A stretch of DNA of 43,422 bases from Flavobacteriales bacterium (GTDB lineage: Bacteria; Bacteroidota; Bacteroidia; Flavobacteriales_D; UBA2798): NCBI GenBank assembly GCA_046289975.1, contig JBKBUQ010000004.1, positions 1 to 43,422 of the forward strand, in the 5' to 3' direction. The position numbers and the translations under genes were made by a program. A model generated the notes under the pieces. It was not told where the DNA came from. It made no database searches and saw nothing but the letters and a program-made list of their open reading frames with translations. Of the stretch, positions 29,148-39,027 are shown piece by piece (the stretch's first letter is position 1; every line of letters starts with the position of its first letter).

Positions 29148-32100
29148 TGTTTACCACAAACACATTGGGGACGTGTAAACCCATTTGTTTCAGAATGCAC
29201 TTTGAAGGATTGATTGCTATTTGGCAGCTCCCAGAAAAAACGGGAACGCTTTTTATCATAATTTCCAATTTCATTCATCTGCTCAGCATCGTACAACCTG
29301 CCGTTTACCATCACCAATGAAATAGATTCCGTATTACGGATATCGTTAAGCGGGTCATTATCCAGCACCAGTAAGTCGGCAAGTTTCCCCTTCGCAAGGG
29401 AACCAACCTGATCTTCAATTCCGATATAATGTGCACCATTATAAGTTGCAGCACGTAAGGCTTCAAGTGGAGACATTCCGCCTTGAACAAGCATCCAGAT
29501 TTCCCAGTGTGCACCGATTCCCTGGATCTGACCATGCGAACCCATATTTACTTTTACCCCCTGATCAGCTAATGCCTTACATGTTCTGGATGCCAGGATA
29601 TGTCCGTTTTCGTATTCTTCTTCCGGAACCATTGTGCGATGACGCGAACGTGCATCAATCACTGCTCGTGGAGTGAAACGCAATAAACGTTCCTTTTCCC
29701 ATACATTGGTGTGCTGGTACCAGTAATACTCCCCGTTTACTGATCCGTATGAAACGATCAAAGTAGGTGTGTACCCCGTTGCAGAATTTTTCCAAAACTG
29801 AATGACATCGTTGTATGCTGGGGCAACCGGAATATTATGCTCAACACCGGTGTGTCCGTCTGCAATCATGGTCATGTTATGATAAAATGTTGATCCACCT
29901 TCCGGAACAACCATGCACAATTGTTCGCGCGCAGCCTGAATAACCATTTGTCGTTGTTCGCGCCGGGGTTGATTGTAGCTTTTAACACTGAACGCGCCAT
30001 ATGCCATAGTACGTCGTATTGCAGAGCGGGCATCATCAATCGAATTAATGGGTGCTTTAAAATCGCCATCCGCCCCGTAAAGAATGGTGCCCGTAGAAAA
30101 AACACGCGGACCAACCATTAATCCTGATTTCACCAATTCTGAATAAGCGAAAACCATTTCTGTATTCGTTGACGGATCGTGTGTTGTAGTAACACCGTAT
30201 GCGAGATTTGCATAATACTGCCAGTGCTTGTCTTCAGTAAGCCCTTGACGAAAATGACCCACATGCGCATGAACATCAACAAATCCGGGAATGATCACTT
30301 TTCCTTTCGCATCAATTACCTTGCATCCTGAAGGGATTTTAACTTCTGCATCTTTGCCCAAGTTCTCAATCCGGTTTCCGTTAATTATGATTGTTCCGCT
30401 TTCAATGACCTCATTCCCGTTCATGGTAATGATCTTTGCTCCTTTAAATGCAATTCTTCCTTCCGGTCGATCTGTTTTCAATTGTAAACCGACTCGAATG
30501 CCGGTCGAATCATTGATCGCTTTTGCAGGATTTCCGTTTCTAAGGAAATCAAATTTCTGATTGAGCGGAACAGAAAAATATTCCTCGCCTAACATCCAGT
30601 GCAGAACCTTTCCATCGCCACTCCAATGCAAATTGATTCCTGCATCACGTGAAACTTTTGCCAGAGGAACACTTTTTGTCTGTGCACTCAAGTCAATGGC
30701 TTTACCACTTGCAGGAAATGCAGCCACATAAACATTGTGCAATTCACGAAATGCAATCCAGCGATTATCAGGACTAGGAACAAAATCTGTTGCGTACCGA
30801 GAAGTGAAATGCAATTGCTCGTCATTTCCATACAGGTCAACACTCTTGTATTCCACGTTGGGAAATCCACTTCCAAAAAAGAAAATCCGCTTTCCATCCG
30901 ATGAAAAAAGTGGTTTCTCTCCACCGGGTGTTACTAAAACAGGGTCGCCTCCTGCTGCATCCATTCTGTAAATTCCTGGCTCGGTTCCAAATGTGAAACC
31001 CATATCTTCATTTCCGCCTTCAAGCACGAAAACAATTATTTTTCCATCCGGAGAAAAAGAGGGCTGACGATAGATTCCACGCGATTTTGATAATGGAATT
31101 GATTTCTTCGTCCTAAACTGATACTTCAATAGCGATCCTCCTCGTTCGTCGTTCCAATTCACATAAACCAGTTCCTGACCATTTGGCGAAAATGCCGGTT
31201 CGGATTCCTGTTCCTTTGAAACGGTTAATCGTTCAGGTTTTCCGTTGGGCAATTCCTTTTTCCACAAAAAACCTGCTGCATTAAAAACAAGCAATTTTCC
31301 ATCCGGAGAAGTTACCGCATTGCGAATCACTTTAGCTGTGAACACATCCGGATCTATTTGCTGACGAAAACGCAGCGCTTCTTCAATTTCAATTTTTACG
31401 TCTGCTGTAAAAGGAATTTCTTCAACAGTATTCATCTGCGCACCCATCGGCCCTGATTTGGCTTGGTGCACATTTATTTTTCTGATTCTTCCTCCGGCCC
31501 AAACAACTATTTGCTGATCATCGGGCGTCCAGTTATATCCGGTATACACTCCAAAAATTGCCCATGCCTCCTGTTGATCTTTACTTAAGGCATCGTATAT
31601 CGGCCACTCCTCACCACTGGAAAGATCGCGTACAAAAAGAACTGATTTCGTACGAATACGTCGCACGAATGCAAGCATTTTTCCATTCCTTGAAATTTGC
31701 GGGCGCATTGCTCCTCCTGCACCACCGATCAGGTTTTCCAGTTTACCGGTTGAAAGGTTATACCTTCGAATAACATAAACCTGATTATTGGGGTCCTTGT
31801 TATATTGAAAATATCCTCCAGGGTACATATCCTCCGAGAAATAAAGGTATTTTCCATCAGGGGAAACGCATGGTTCATTTACATCCTGTTGTTCGTTCTT
31901 CCGCTGCGTGAGGCGCACACCTTCACCTCCGCTGATATGATACATCCACATTTCTCCGGCACCCAGAGAACGTGTTGCTGTGAAATGCTTTCTGGCGATC
32001 AGATAATTTCCGTCGGGAGTCCAAACTGCGTTATTCAGTAAGCGGAAATCTTCGGTAGTTACTTGCCGTGCGTTTTCACCGGTAACATCCATTACCCAGA

Positions 32101-32425
32101 TATTATCACCGCCTCCGGAATCGGAAGTGAAACTTATTTTTTTTCCATCCGGACTAAAGCGAGGTTGTATCTCCCAGGCATGACCACCACGTAGTAATTT
32201 TGCTTTTCCGCCGGTAATTGGGAGGACATAAATATCTCCTAACAGATCAAAAACTACATTTTTTCCATCGGGGCTAACATCCAGGTTCATCCATGTGCCT
32301 TCGCTGGTTGTAAAAGAAACCGATTTGGAAGGACCATGAGTTTGATTCGTATTCCATTTATTTTCCTTGGCAGAACCGAAAGAAAATGCACACAAAAATG
32401 CAAAGGCCAATAAGCCAGTCTTCAT
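29144..32425 (-). CDS. Exported amidohydrolase-family protein with N-terminal TolB/PD40 beta-propellers
   Basis: Signal peptide; repeated P.FSPDG PD40 motifs; IPGFVDVHAH (HxH), YGVTT, GSLAKGKLADL; C-terminal CVCGKH. Confidence 0.92.
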   Translation of the reverse strand: MKTGLLAFAFLCAFSFGSAKENKWNTNQTHGPSKSVSFTTSEGTWMNLDVSPDGKNVVFDLLGDIYVLPITGGKAKLLRGGHAWEIQPRFSPDGKKISFTSDSGGGDNIWVMDVTGENARQVTTEDFRLLNNAVWTPDGNYLIARKHFTATRSLGAGEMWMYHISGGEGVRLTQRKNEQQDVNEPCVSPDGKYLYFSEDMYPGGYFQYNKDPNNQVYVIRRYNLSTGKLENLIGGAGGAMRPQISRNGKMLAFVRRIRTKSVLFVRDLSSGEEWPIYDALSKDQQEAWAIFGVYTGYNWTPDDQQIVVWAGGRIRKINVHQAKSGPMGAQMNTVEEIPFTADVKIEIEEALRFRQQIDPDVFTAKVIRNAVTSPDGKLLVFNAAGFLWKKELPNGKPERLTVSKEQESEPAFSPNGQELVYVNWNDERGGSLLKYQFRTKKSIPLSKSRGIYRQPSFSPDGKIIVFVLEGGNEDMGFTFGTEPGIYRMDAAGGDPVLVTPGGEKPLFSSDGKRIFFFGSGFPNVEYKSVDLYGNDEQLHFTSRYATDFVPSPDNRWIAFRELHNVYVAAFPASGKAIDLSAQTKSVPLAKVSRDAGINLHWSGDGKVLHWMLGEEYFSVPLNQKFDFLRNGNPAKAINDSTGIRVGLQLKTDRPEGRIAFKGAKIITMNGNEVIESGTIIINGNRIENLGKDAEVKIPSGCKVIDAKGKVIIPGFVDVHAHVGHFRQGLTEDKHWQYYANLAYGVTTTHDPSTNTEMVFAYSELVKSGLMVGPRVFSTGTILYGADGDFKAPINSIDDARSAIRRTMAYGAFSVKSYNQPRREQRQMVIQAAREQLCMVVPEGGSTFYHNMTMIADGHTGVEHNIPVAPAYNDVIQFWKNSATGYTPTLIVSYGSVNGEYYWYQHTNVWEKERLLRFTPRAVIDARSRHRTMVPEEEYENGHILASRTCKALADQGVKVNMGSHGQIQGIGAHWEIWMLVQGGMSPLEALRAATYNGAHYIGIEDQVGSLAKGKLADLLVLDNDPLNDIRNTESISLVMVNGRLYDAEQMNEIGNYDKKRSRFFWELPNSNQSFKVHSETNGFTRPQCVCGKH

Positions 32426-32498
32426 CGCTATGGTGTTGGGTTATGGTTAAAATTAACCAATTCCAAGCACTAAACAATCGATGTGTGAAAGAATTAGA

Positions 32499-32750
32499 TC
32501 AGACCTCGACGGAATGATCGTTAATGGCGACGACGGCGCGTATTTCAGGTACTTCCCTGCGAATGGTCTCTTCAACACCGGCACGCATGGTCATAGCGCT
32601 CATGGAGCAACTGCTGCAGGCACCAAGCAAGCGAACTTCAGCCACAAAATCAAGAGTAACACCAACCAGCTCGATATTTCCTCCATCTGCTTCCAGATAC
32701 GGGCGGATTTTGGCAATAGCCAATTCAATTTTCTCGTTTAGCTCAGACAT
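32499..32750 (-). CDS. NifU/Nfu C-terminal-domain Fe-S carrier
   Basis: IRPYLEADGG.IEL, LLGACSSC.MS..T...GVE. Confidence 0.93.
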   Translation of the reverse strand: MSELNEKIELAIAKIRPYLEADGGNIELVGVTLDFVAEVRLLGACSSCSMSAMTMRAGVEETIRREVPEIRAVVAINDHSVEV

Positions 32751-33841
32751 TAGCCTTGCATTTCAACCGGTTTGGTGGGTGCCATGTGCGTGTTTCGCCA
32801 GTTAACCCTCTCTACAAAATTAGCCACAATAAGATCAAAAGCAATAGCAGTAGGCGTTCCTTCCTGTAAAACAGCCGGTCGACCGGCGTCACCACTTTCA
32901 CGAATACTTTGCACCAGAGGTACCTCACCCAAAAAAGCGACATCAAGTTGCCCTGCAAGCTGACGTGCACCACCTTGCCCAAAAATGTAGTATTTGTTCT
33001 CCGGAAATTCTGCAGGAGTGAAATAAGCCATGTTTTCAATCATACCCAAAACCGGCACCTTAATGGAATCCAACTGAAACATCGAAACTCCCTTTTTTGC
33101 ATCTGCCAATGCAATTTGCTGAGGTGTTGAAACAACAACTGCACCGGTAAGCGGAACCAATTGAACCAAACTCAAATGAATATCGCCGGTTCCGGGAGGC
33201 AAATCAATAAGCATATAATCCAGTTCGCCCCAATGCGTATCTCTGAACATTTGTGTTAATGCCTTTGATGCCATTGCGCCTCGCCAAACAATTGCCTGAT
33301 CCAACTCCGCGAAAAAACCTATCGACAACAATTTCACTCCATAACTTTCTACCGGCTTGATCATTGATCGACCATCGACCTCCAAAGCCACAGGTTTTTC
33401 ATGTTGTACATCAAACATGATAGGCATGGAAGGACCATAAATATCGGCATCAATAAGACCAACTTTATACCCTTTTTTTGCCAAGCCTGCAGCCAGATTT
33501 GCAGTGATAGTAGATTTACCTACTCCCCCTTTCCCGGAGGCGATCGCAACAATATTTTTGACGCCTGGTAAAATTGAACGCTGATCAGGAGAACGGTCAG
33601 CACCCAGCGCTACTACATTTACAGAAACCTTATAGGTATTTCCAAGAAAACGTTCAATTGCAAAGCGACATGCTTCTTCCATTCGCTTACGTGAATGCAA
33701 AGCAGGGTTGTTGATCCGGACTGTAAATGAAATTTCAGTGTTGTCAACCTTAATATCGGAAACCAGATCAAGTGCAATCAAATCCTTTTTCAGATCAGGT
33801 TCGATCACATTGGAAAGTGCTTCCTTTATTTTTTCAATCAT
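32750..33841 (-). CDS. mrp: Mrp/ApbC (NBP35) P-loop NTPase with N-terminal DUF59-like domain
   Basis: ASGKGGVGKST, DADIYGPS, WRG, DLPPGTGD, TPQ, ENM; TAATG overlap with the nfu gene. Confidence 0.95.
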   Translation of the reverse strand: MIEKIKEALSNVIEPDLKKDLIALDLVSDIKVDNTEISFTVRINNPALHSRKRMEEACRFAIERFLGNTYKVSVNVVALGADRSPDQRSILPGVKNIVAIASGKGGVGKSTITANLAAGLAKKGYKVGLIDADIYGPSMPIMFDVQHEKPVALEVDGRSMIKPVESYGVKLLSIGFFAELDQAIVWRGAMASKALTQMFRDTHWGELDYMLIDLPPGTGDIHLSLVQLVPLTGAVVVSTPQQIALADAKKGVSMFQLDSIKVPVLGMIENMAYFTPAEFPENKYYIFGQGGARQLAGQLDVAFLGEVPLVQSIRESGDAGRPAVLQEGTPTAIAFDLIVANFVERVNWRNTHMAPTKPVEMQG

Positions 33842-33855
33842 TGATGAAATTTTTA

Positions 33856-33863
33856 CAAAAATA
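33856..33863 (-). promoter_or_regulatory. Bacteroidota -7 promoter element TATTTTTG for mrp-nfu
   Basis: Perfect TAnnTTTG 14 nt upstream of the mrp ATG. Confidence 0.6.
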
Positions 33864-34103
33864 CTGACTTGTTTAATGCGGATGACGTAAAATCACTATT
33901 GTTTTTCCATCGATTTTTGAAACAATTGTCCGGGTGCTTTGTTGAGGTACGATTGATGAAAAGTTAATCCCCCCAAAAAAAAACGCTGTTCTTTTGTGAT
34001 TAATGGTAAATCAAACTTCCTGAACCAATATCCGTTAACTCATCCGACTTGGAAACATTCATTTCCTTAATTATCTTAAGCGCCAATACCTCAATTTGCT
34101 ACT

Positions 34104-36068
34104 GTGAAGAAATCTATCGTTATTCTGCTCATCGCAATCATGGGAGTTTCCTTCATGGCCACCATGAATGCCAAAGTAAATCCACTTCTCAGCAAAGAAG
34201 AGATCTACAAAGTTCATGACTCCCTGTTTCGTACTTACAATCGCGTACCTCTTCCCTTCAATGAGTTTTTTCATCACTCCGTACAATGCGCAGGATGTCA
34301 TGGTTATGATTCTACCGGATTTGCAAGCACGGATGGTGCAGGTAATGATGTAAATCTGGTTGACGACTGGAAAACAAGCATGATGGCATTATCTGCTATC
34401 GATCCGCTTTGGAGAGCAAAAGTTTCGCACGAGGGTCAGGTGAATCCAGGACACGCCACAGCATTGGAAAATACGTGCACAAAATGCCATGCGCCAATGG
34501 GCCACTACACGGCGCGTTTTAAAGGTCTTGCACCTTATACCATTGCAACCCTTGTTACAGATTCACTCGGACTTGATGGTGTTTCATGCAGTGGATGTCA
34601 TATGATAGATTCTACGGTTGGACTAACTTTTTCAGGCGAAATTCCTTTTGATACGATACACAGAGGAACAAACGGCTATCGCACCGAATACGGCCCATTT
34701 CAAAACCCGGTTACTGCCAATATGCAGTTGTATGTTGGTATTACCCCAACTTTTAGCACACATGTCAGCGAAGGAAGAATGTGTTCATCCTGCCACACAC
34801 TTGTTACAAACACAGCCGACCTCAGCGGTAACCTAACAGGAGGAACATTTGTAGAACAGGCAACTTATCACGAATGGTTAAACTCTTCCTATCCTTCAAT
34901 GGATATTACCTGCCAGAAATGCCATATGCCTCAACTGGAAGATCCGATTGTTCTCTACAATGAACTGGGGATGATCGGAAGAGCTCCTTTCAATCTACAT
35001 TTCTTCCAGGGCGCGAATGCGTTTATGGTGGATTTGATTAAACGAAATAAACAAAAACTTGGGCTCAACCATTTGGCAGATATTCACTTTGAGAATACCA
35101 TAGCTGCCATTGAAGATATGATGACCAACAGCACACTGGATCTGGACATCATTGGTACCCCATACACAGCTCAGGACTCATTGTATATCGATTTGTCTCT
35201 GTTGAATAAAGCAGGACATAAATTTCCATCCGGATATCCTTCCAGAAGAGCTTTTGTTCAAATGATTGTGATAAAATCAAATGGCGATACCTTGTTTCGA
35301 TCCGGTTTGATGCAACCCAATGGTGAGATTATGCATAACACAGGTCCTTACCAGAATCATTATGCCATGATCAATCAAGAAACACAAACCCAGATTTACG
35401 AAATGATTATGGGTGATGTAATGGGCGACAAAACTACTGTGCTTGAAAGAGCTGCTGTGCATCTTAAAGACAATCGTATTCCTCCTTTAGGGTTCACAAC
35501 AACTCATTCAGCATACGACACTATTCAAATTATTGGCAACGCAACAAGCGATACCAATTTTAACCGCAATGGTGCCACAGAAGGAACCGGAAAGGACATT
35601 CTCCATTACCATATTCCACTCAACGGCTTTATGGGAGAGGTGAGTATCTACACCAAAGTCTATTACCAAACCGTTAACCCCGGATGGTTGAATGAAATGT
35701 TTGCCTACAACACACCTGCAATTGATTCCTTCAGAAATTGGTACAACCAATCCGACCAAACCCCTTTGTTGGTAGCCCGGGACTCGTTGCTTCAACTTGC
35801 ATTAAACGTTTCTGTACAGGATAACCTAAGCAACCGCATTCAAGTCTACCCCAACCCAAGTTCCGACGGAATTATACGGATTGATAACCAATGGGTTGCC
35901 ATTCAATCGCTGAGCATTTATGACCTGACAGGTAGATTAGTAGGAACTTATTCAGGACAAGAAATCAAAGTGCTGAATAACTTGCAGTTACCGAGTTCCA
36001 GCGGGACTTATATCCTGAAAATCAACACTGAAGAAGGTCAGCTAACGAAAAAGGTCATTCGTTATTAA
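34104..36068 (+). CDS. Penta-haem c-type cytochrome with T9SS type-A C-terminal sorting domain
   Basis: Signal peptide; five CxxCH motifs (CAGCH 34287, CTKCH 34476, CSGCH 34587, CSSCH 34782, CQKCH 34911); AGHKFPSG motif; C-terminal VYPNP...IYDLTGRLV...GTYILKI.....TKKVI. Confidence 0.9.
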   Translation: MKKSIVILLIAIMGVSFMATMNAKVNPLLSKEEIYKVHDSLFRTYNRVPLPFNEFFHHSVQCAGCHGYDSTGFASTDGAGNDVNLVDDWKTSMMALSAIDPLWRAKVSHEGQVNPGHATALENTCTKCHAPMGHYTARFKGLAPYTIATLVTDSLGLDGVSCSGCHMIDSTVGLTFSGEIPFDTIHRGTNGYRTEYGPFQNPVTANMQLYVGITPTFSTHVSEGRMCSSCHTLVTNTADLSGNLTGGTFVEQATYHEWLNSSYPSMDITCQKCHMPQLEDPIVLYNELGMIGRAPFNLHFFQGANAFMVDLIKRNKQKLGLNHLADIHFENTIAAIEDMMTNSTLDLDIIGTPYTAQDSLYIDLSLLNKAGHKFPSGYPSRRAFVQMIVIKSNGDTLFRSGLMQPNGEIMHNTGPYQNHYAMINQETQTQIYEMIMGDVMGDKTTVLERAAVHLKDNRIPPLGFTTTHSAYDTIQIIGNATSDTNFNRNGATEGTGKDILHYHIPLNGFMGEVSIYTKVYYQTVNPGWLNEMFAYNTPAIDSFRNWYNQSDQTPLLVARDSLLQLALNVSVQDNLSNRIQVYPNPSSDGIIRIDNQWVAIQSLSIYDLTGRLVGTYSGQEIKVLNNLQLPSSSGTYILKINTEEGQLTKKVIRY

Positions 36069-36147
36069 AATTCACCTTTTCGTCCAAATCGCTAAAAAAC
36101 TTAACCAATATTGGCTATATTTCAACGTGCACATTTACTAACTGAAA

Positions 36148-39012
36148 ATGAAAAGAACTTTACGAATCACCGCAGGAATCGCGTCGCTTTGTATGTTGGC
36201 TGGAGCCACATCTGCGCAGATTGCCTTCACGAACGGAAGCTCAAGGCTTACGAATAGTGTAAAAAGTACGAACGTACTCACCGTTGCCGACTGGAACAAC
36301 GATGGTTTGGATGATATCATCCGACTTCATGAAGGTTATCAGTTGGTAATTGACGAGCAGCGCCCTGGTCAGAATTTTCTCGAACACAACTTCGGAACGG
36401 TAGGAAGCGGTTCCGGTTGGGCATGGGGTATGGCAGTAGGTGATTTTGATGGTAATGGTTATAAGGATGTTGTAGCGGGAGGATACAGTTCCGGAACACC
36501 TCTTCGTGTTATCATGATGAATTCAACCGGTACTGGAATTACTATTCAAAACCTGACACCCGGTGGATTCTTTGTACAAAACATTACGCTTGGAGACATT
36601 AACAATGACGGTCATCTCGATATTTTTGTTTGTGATGATAATGCTATGTCACACATTTTCATTAATAATGGAACTGGAGCGTTTACACACAACACCACAT
36701 TGATGAATTTCGACGTAACAGCTACAGACGACTCAGGTAACTACGGTTCGGTTTGGACAGATTACGATAACGATGGAGACCTCGATCTTTATATTGCAAA
36801 ATGTCGTCAGTCGGTAAGTAATCCTGCTGATGGTCGACGTATCAACGTACTTTTCCGCAATAACGGTGACGGTACATTTACTGAAGCTGCTGCACCTGCA
36901 AACATCAATGTCGGATGGCAGTCTTGGACCGCAAGTTTTGGTGACATCGATAATGACAATGATTTTGATCTGGTTCTTACCAACCACGATTACGCTGCTC
37001 AGTTATTTACCAATAACGGAAGTGGTGTATTTACAGAAAACACAACATCAGGGATCAATACAACAGGGTTCACACCTATTCAGAGTGGATTTGAAGACTT
37101 CGATAATGATGGTTTTGTTGACTTATTAATCACAGGTAGTTCCGGTGCAAAAATGTTCCGTAACAATGGTGACCTTACGTTTTCGCAAATTACCGTTCCT
37201 TTTCAGGCAGCACCTGCAATTTATACTCCGTCATGGGGAGACTTGAACCATGATGGTTTCATCGATGTATTTGCTTCTTACGGGACCATTTATAACAACC
37301 CATCATCAACCAACAACGACCGCCTTTATCTTGGTACACCAAACGGAAATCACTTCCTCTGTGTGAATCTCACCGGTACAATTTCCAATCCTGATGCTGT
37401 TGGTGCACGTGTTACGATTTACGGACCATTTGGACTTCAGACACGTGAAGTACGCGCCGGTGAATCTTATGGAAACCAGTACTCCGGGCTCATTCATTTT
37501 GGATTAGGAAGCAACACACAAATTGACTCTATTCTTATCGATTGGCCAACAAGCGGAGTTCAGGTAATTGAAAATCCAACTGTAGACAATTTCATCACAG
37601 TTGTTGAAAGCAATTGCGTATCTCCTCTTACAGGAAATATCACATCTTCCAATGGCTCATTCGCTTTCTGTACCGGACAAAGTGTAACTCTTCAAGCTCC
37701 AGCTGGAACTGGTTATACATATCTGTGGAGCAACGGATCAACAGCATCTTCCATCAACGTAAATACTACAGGAGAATACAGTGTAGTTATTACCCAATCA
37801 GGAAATGCCTGCCCTTCTATTTCTCCTTCAGTTAATGTAACTGAAAACCCCGATGAAACGCCTACTATTTCTGCAAACGGACCAACTTCTTTCTGTTACG
37901 GTGAATCCGTTACACTTGTCGGTCCATCCGGAATGAATGGCTACGATTGGTCTAACGGAGAGCAGACTTCATCAATAGTGGTTACTCAGGCAGGAACCTA
38001 CTCACTTGATGTAACAGGGACCTGTGCAACTTTTTCATCCAACAACATTGTAGTGGATGTAATGACTGCTCCATCACCCACAACTTCAGACGTTTCAATC
38101 CCTGTTCCCGGAACTGCAAACCTATCTGCATCGGGGAACAGTGTTGTATGGTACGACGCAGCAGTTGGTGGAAATCAGGTTGGCATTGGAAACAACTGGA
38201 CAACTCCTTTCCTCAATACAACAACATCTTTCTTTGCTGAGGACATGGAAATTTTCGGTGGCGATCAGTACAGTGGAGGTAAAATCTACGGACCCACACC
38301 AGCAGCTTATGGTGGTAACACTACCAATCCAAAAACATTCTTCAACGTTACTGAAGCAGGAACACTGGAAAGCGTGAAAGTTTATACTGATCGCTACGGT
38401 ATTCGTCGCATTCAGGTATTCAACAATGCAGCGCAACTGGTTGCTTTTGTTGATGCCGACATCCAGGCCGACACGGTAGTTGTTCCTTTAAACATCGACC
38501 TTAATCCAGGAACAGGATATTACATCACCACCGACGGAACAACAAATACTAACATTCCAGGTAACGGAGGTAACACAACTCCTCGTTTAATGCGTCACGC
38601 ATCCGGAGTTACCTATCCTTATAATGTTGGACCTTCAATTAGCATAACCGGAAATGATTTGTCGGCCGGTTATTATTATTTCTTCTACGACTGGAGATTT
38701 AAAACAACAGAATTTGATTGTCCCGGTCCACGTGCTCAAGCAGTTGTAACAGTTGTAAATCCAGTTGGCTTAAATGAAGTGACAGAAGGCGGATTCCGCA
38801 TCTTCCCTAACCCAACACGCGACTTACTTAACATCGAAAGCAAAGGAAACTATGCGATTGAAATTATCGATCTAACAGGACGTGCTGTTTACTCCATGAG
38901 CAATGCTAACGGCAACCAGCGCATTGATGTAAATTCACTTATCCCCGGTGTTTACTTTGTTCGCCTAAATGGTGAATCAGGTAAAACCATTCAGAAGATT
39001 GTTATTCAGTAA
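36148..39012 (+). CDS. FG-GAP/VCBS propeller + ASPIC/UnbV (CRTAC1-like) + Ig-like repeats + T9SS type-A CTD protein
   Basis: Seven D(x)DNDG..D Ca-binding repeats; DAVGARV, HFGLG, IDWP (ASPIC/UnbV); two Y.WSNG....SI.V...G.YS repeats; WYDAAVGG Ig domain; IFPNP...DLTGR...GVYFVR...KIV CTD. Confidence 0.9.
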   Translation: MKRTLRITAGIASLCMLAGATSAQIAFTNGSSRLTNSVKSTNVLTVADWNNDGLDDIIRLHEGYQLVIDEQRPGQNFLEHNFGTVGSGSGWAWGMAVGDFDGNGYKDVVAGGYSSGTPLRVIMMNSTGTGITIQNLTPGGFFVQNITLGDINNDGHLDIFVCDDNAMSHIFINNGTGAFTHNTTLMNFDVTATDDSGNYGSVWTDYDNDGDLDLYIAKCRQSVSNPADGRRINVLFRNNGDGTFTEAAAPANINVGWQSWTASFGDIDNDNDFDLVLTNHDYAAQLFTNNGSGVFTENTTSGINTTGFTPIQSGFEDFDNDGFVDLLITGSSGAKMFRNNGDLTFSQITVPFQAAPAIYTPSWGDLNHDGFIDVFASYGTIYNNPSSTNNDRLYLGTPNGNHFLCVNLTGTISNPDAVGARVTIYGPFGLQTREVRAGESYGNQYSGLIHFGLGSNTQIDSILIDWPTSGVQVIENPTVDNFITVVESNCVSPLTGNITSSNGSFAFCTGQSVTLQAPAGTGYTYLWSNGSTASSINVNTTGEYSVVITQSGNACPSISPSVNVTENPDETPTISANGPTSFCYGESVTLVGPSGMNGYDWSNGEQTSSIVVTQAGTYSLDVTGTCATFSSNNIVVDVMTAPSPTTSDVSIPVPGTANLSASGNSVVWYDAAVGGNQVGIGNNWTTPFLNTTTSFFAEDMEIFGGDQYSGGKIYGPTPAAYGGNTTNPKTFFNVTEAGTLESVKVYTDRYGIRRIQVFNNAAQLVAFVDADIQADTVVVPLNIDLNPGTGYYITTDGTTNTNIPGNGGNTTPRLMRHASGVTYPYNVGPSISITGNDLSAGYYYFFYDWRFKTTEFDCPGPRAQAVVTVVNPVGLNEVTEGGFRIFPNPTRDLLNIESKGNYAIEIIDLTGRAVYSMSNANGNQRIDVNSLIPGVYFVRLNGESGKTIQKIVIQ

Positions 39013-39027
39013 TAAATTTGCACAACG

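Noticed and set aside
33880-34015. FNR/CRP-like sites (TGAC-N5-ATCA; TGAT-N9-ATCA) upstream of the cytochrome
   Set aside because: Spacing does not match TTGAT-N4-ATCAA or TGTGA-N6-TCACA; too weak to call.
24624-36068. Treating fdx, FNR, nfu, mrp and the cytochrome as one electron-transfer system
   Set aside because: They are in separate transcription units, and fdx-FNR and mrp-nfu are cytoplasmic housekeeping pairs; no membrane conduit gene links them to the secreted cytochrome.
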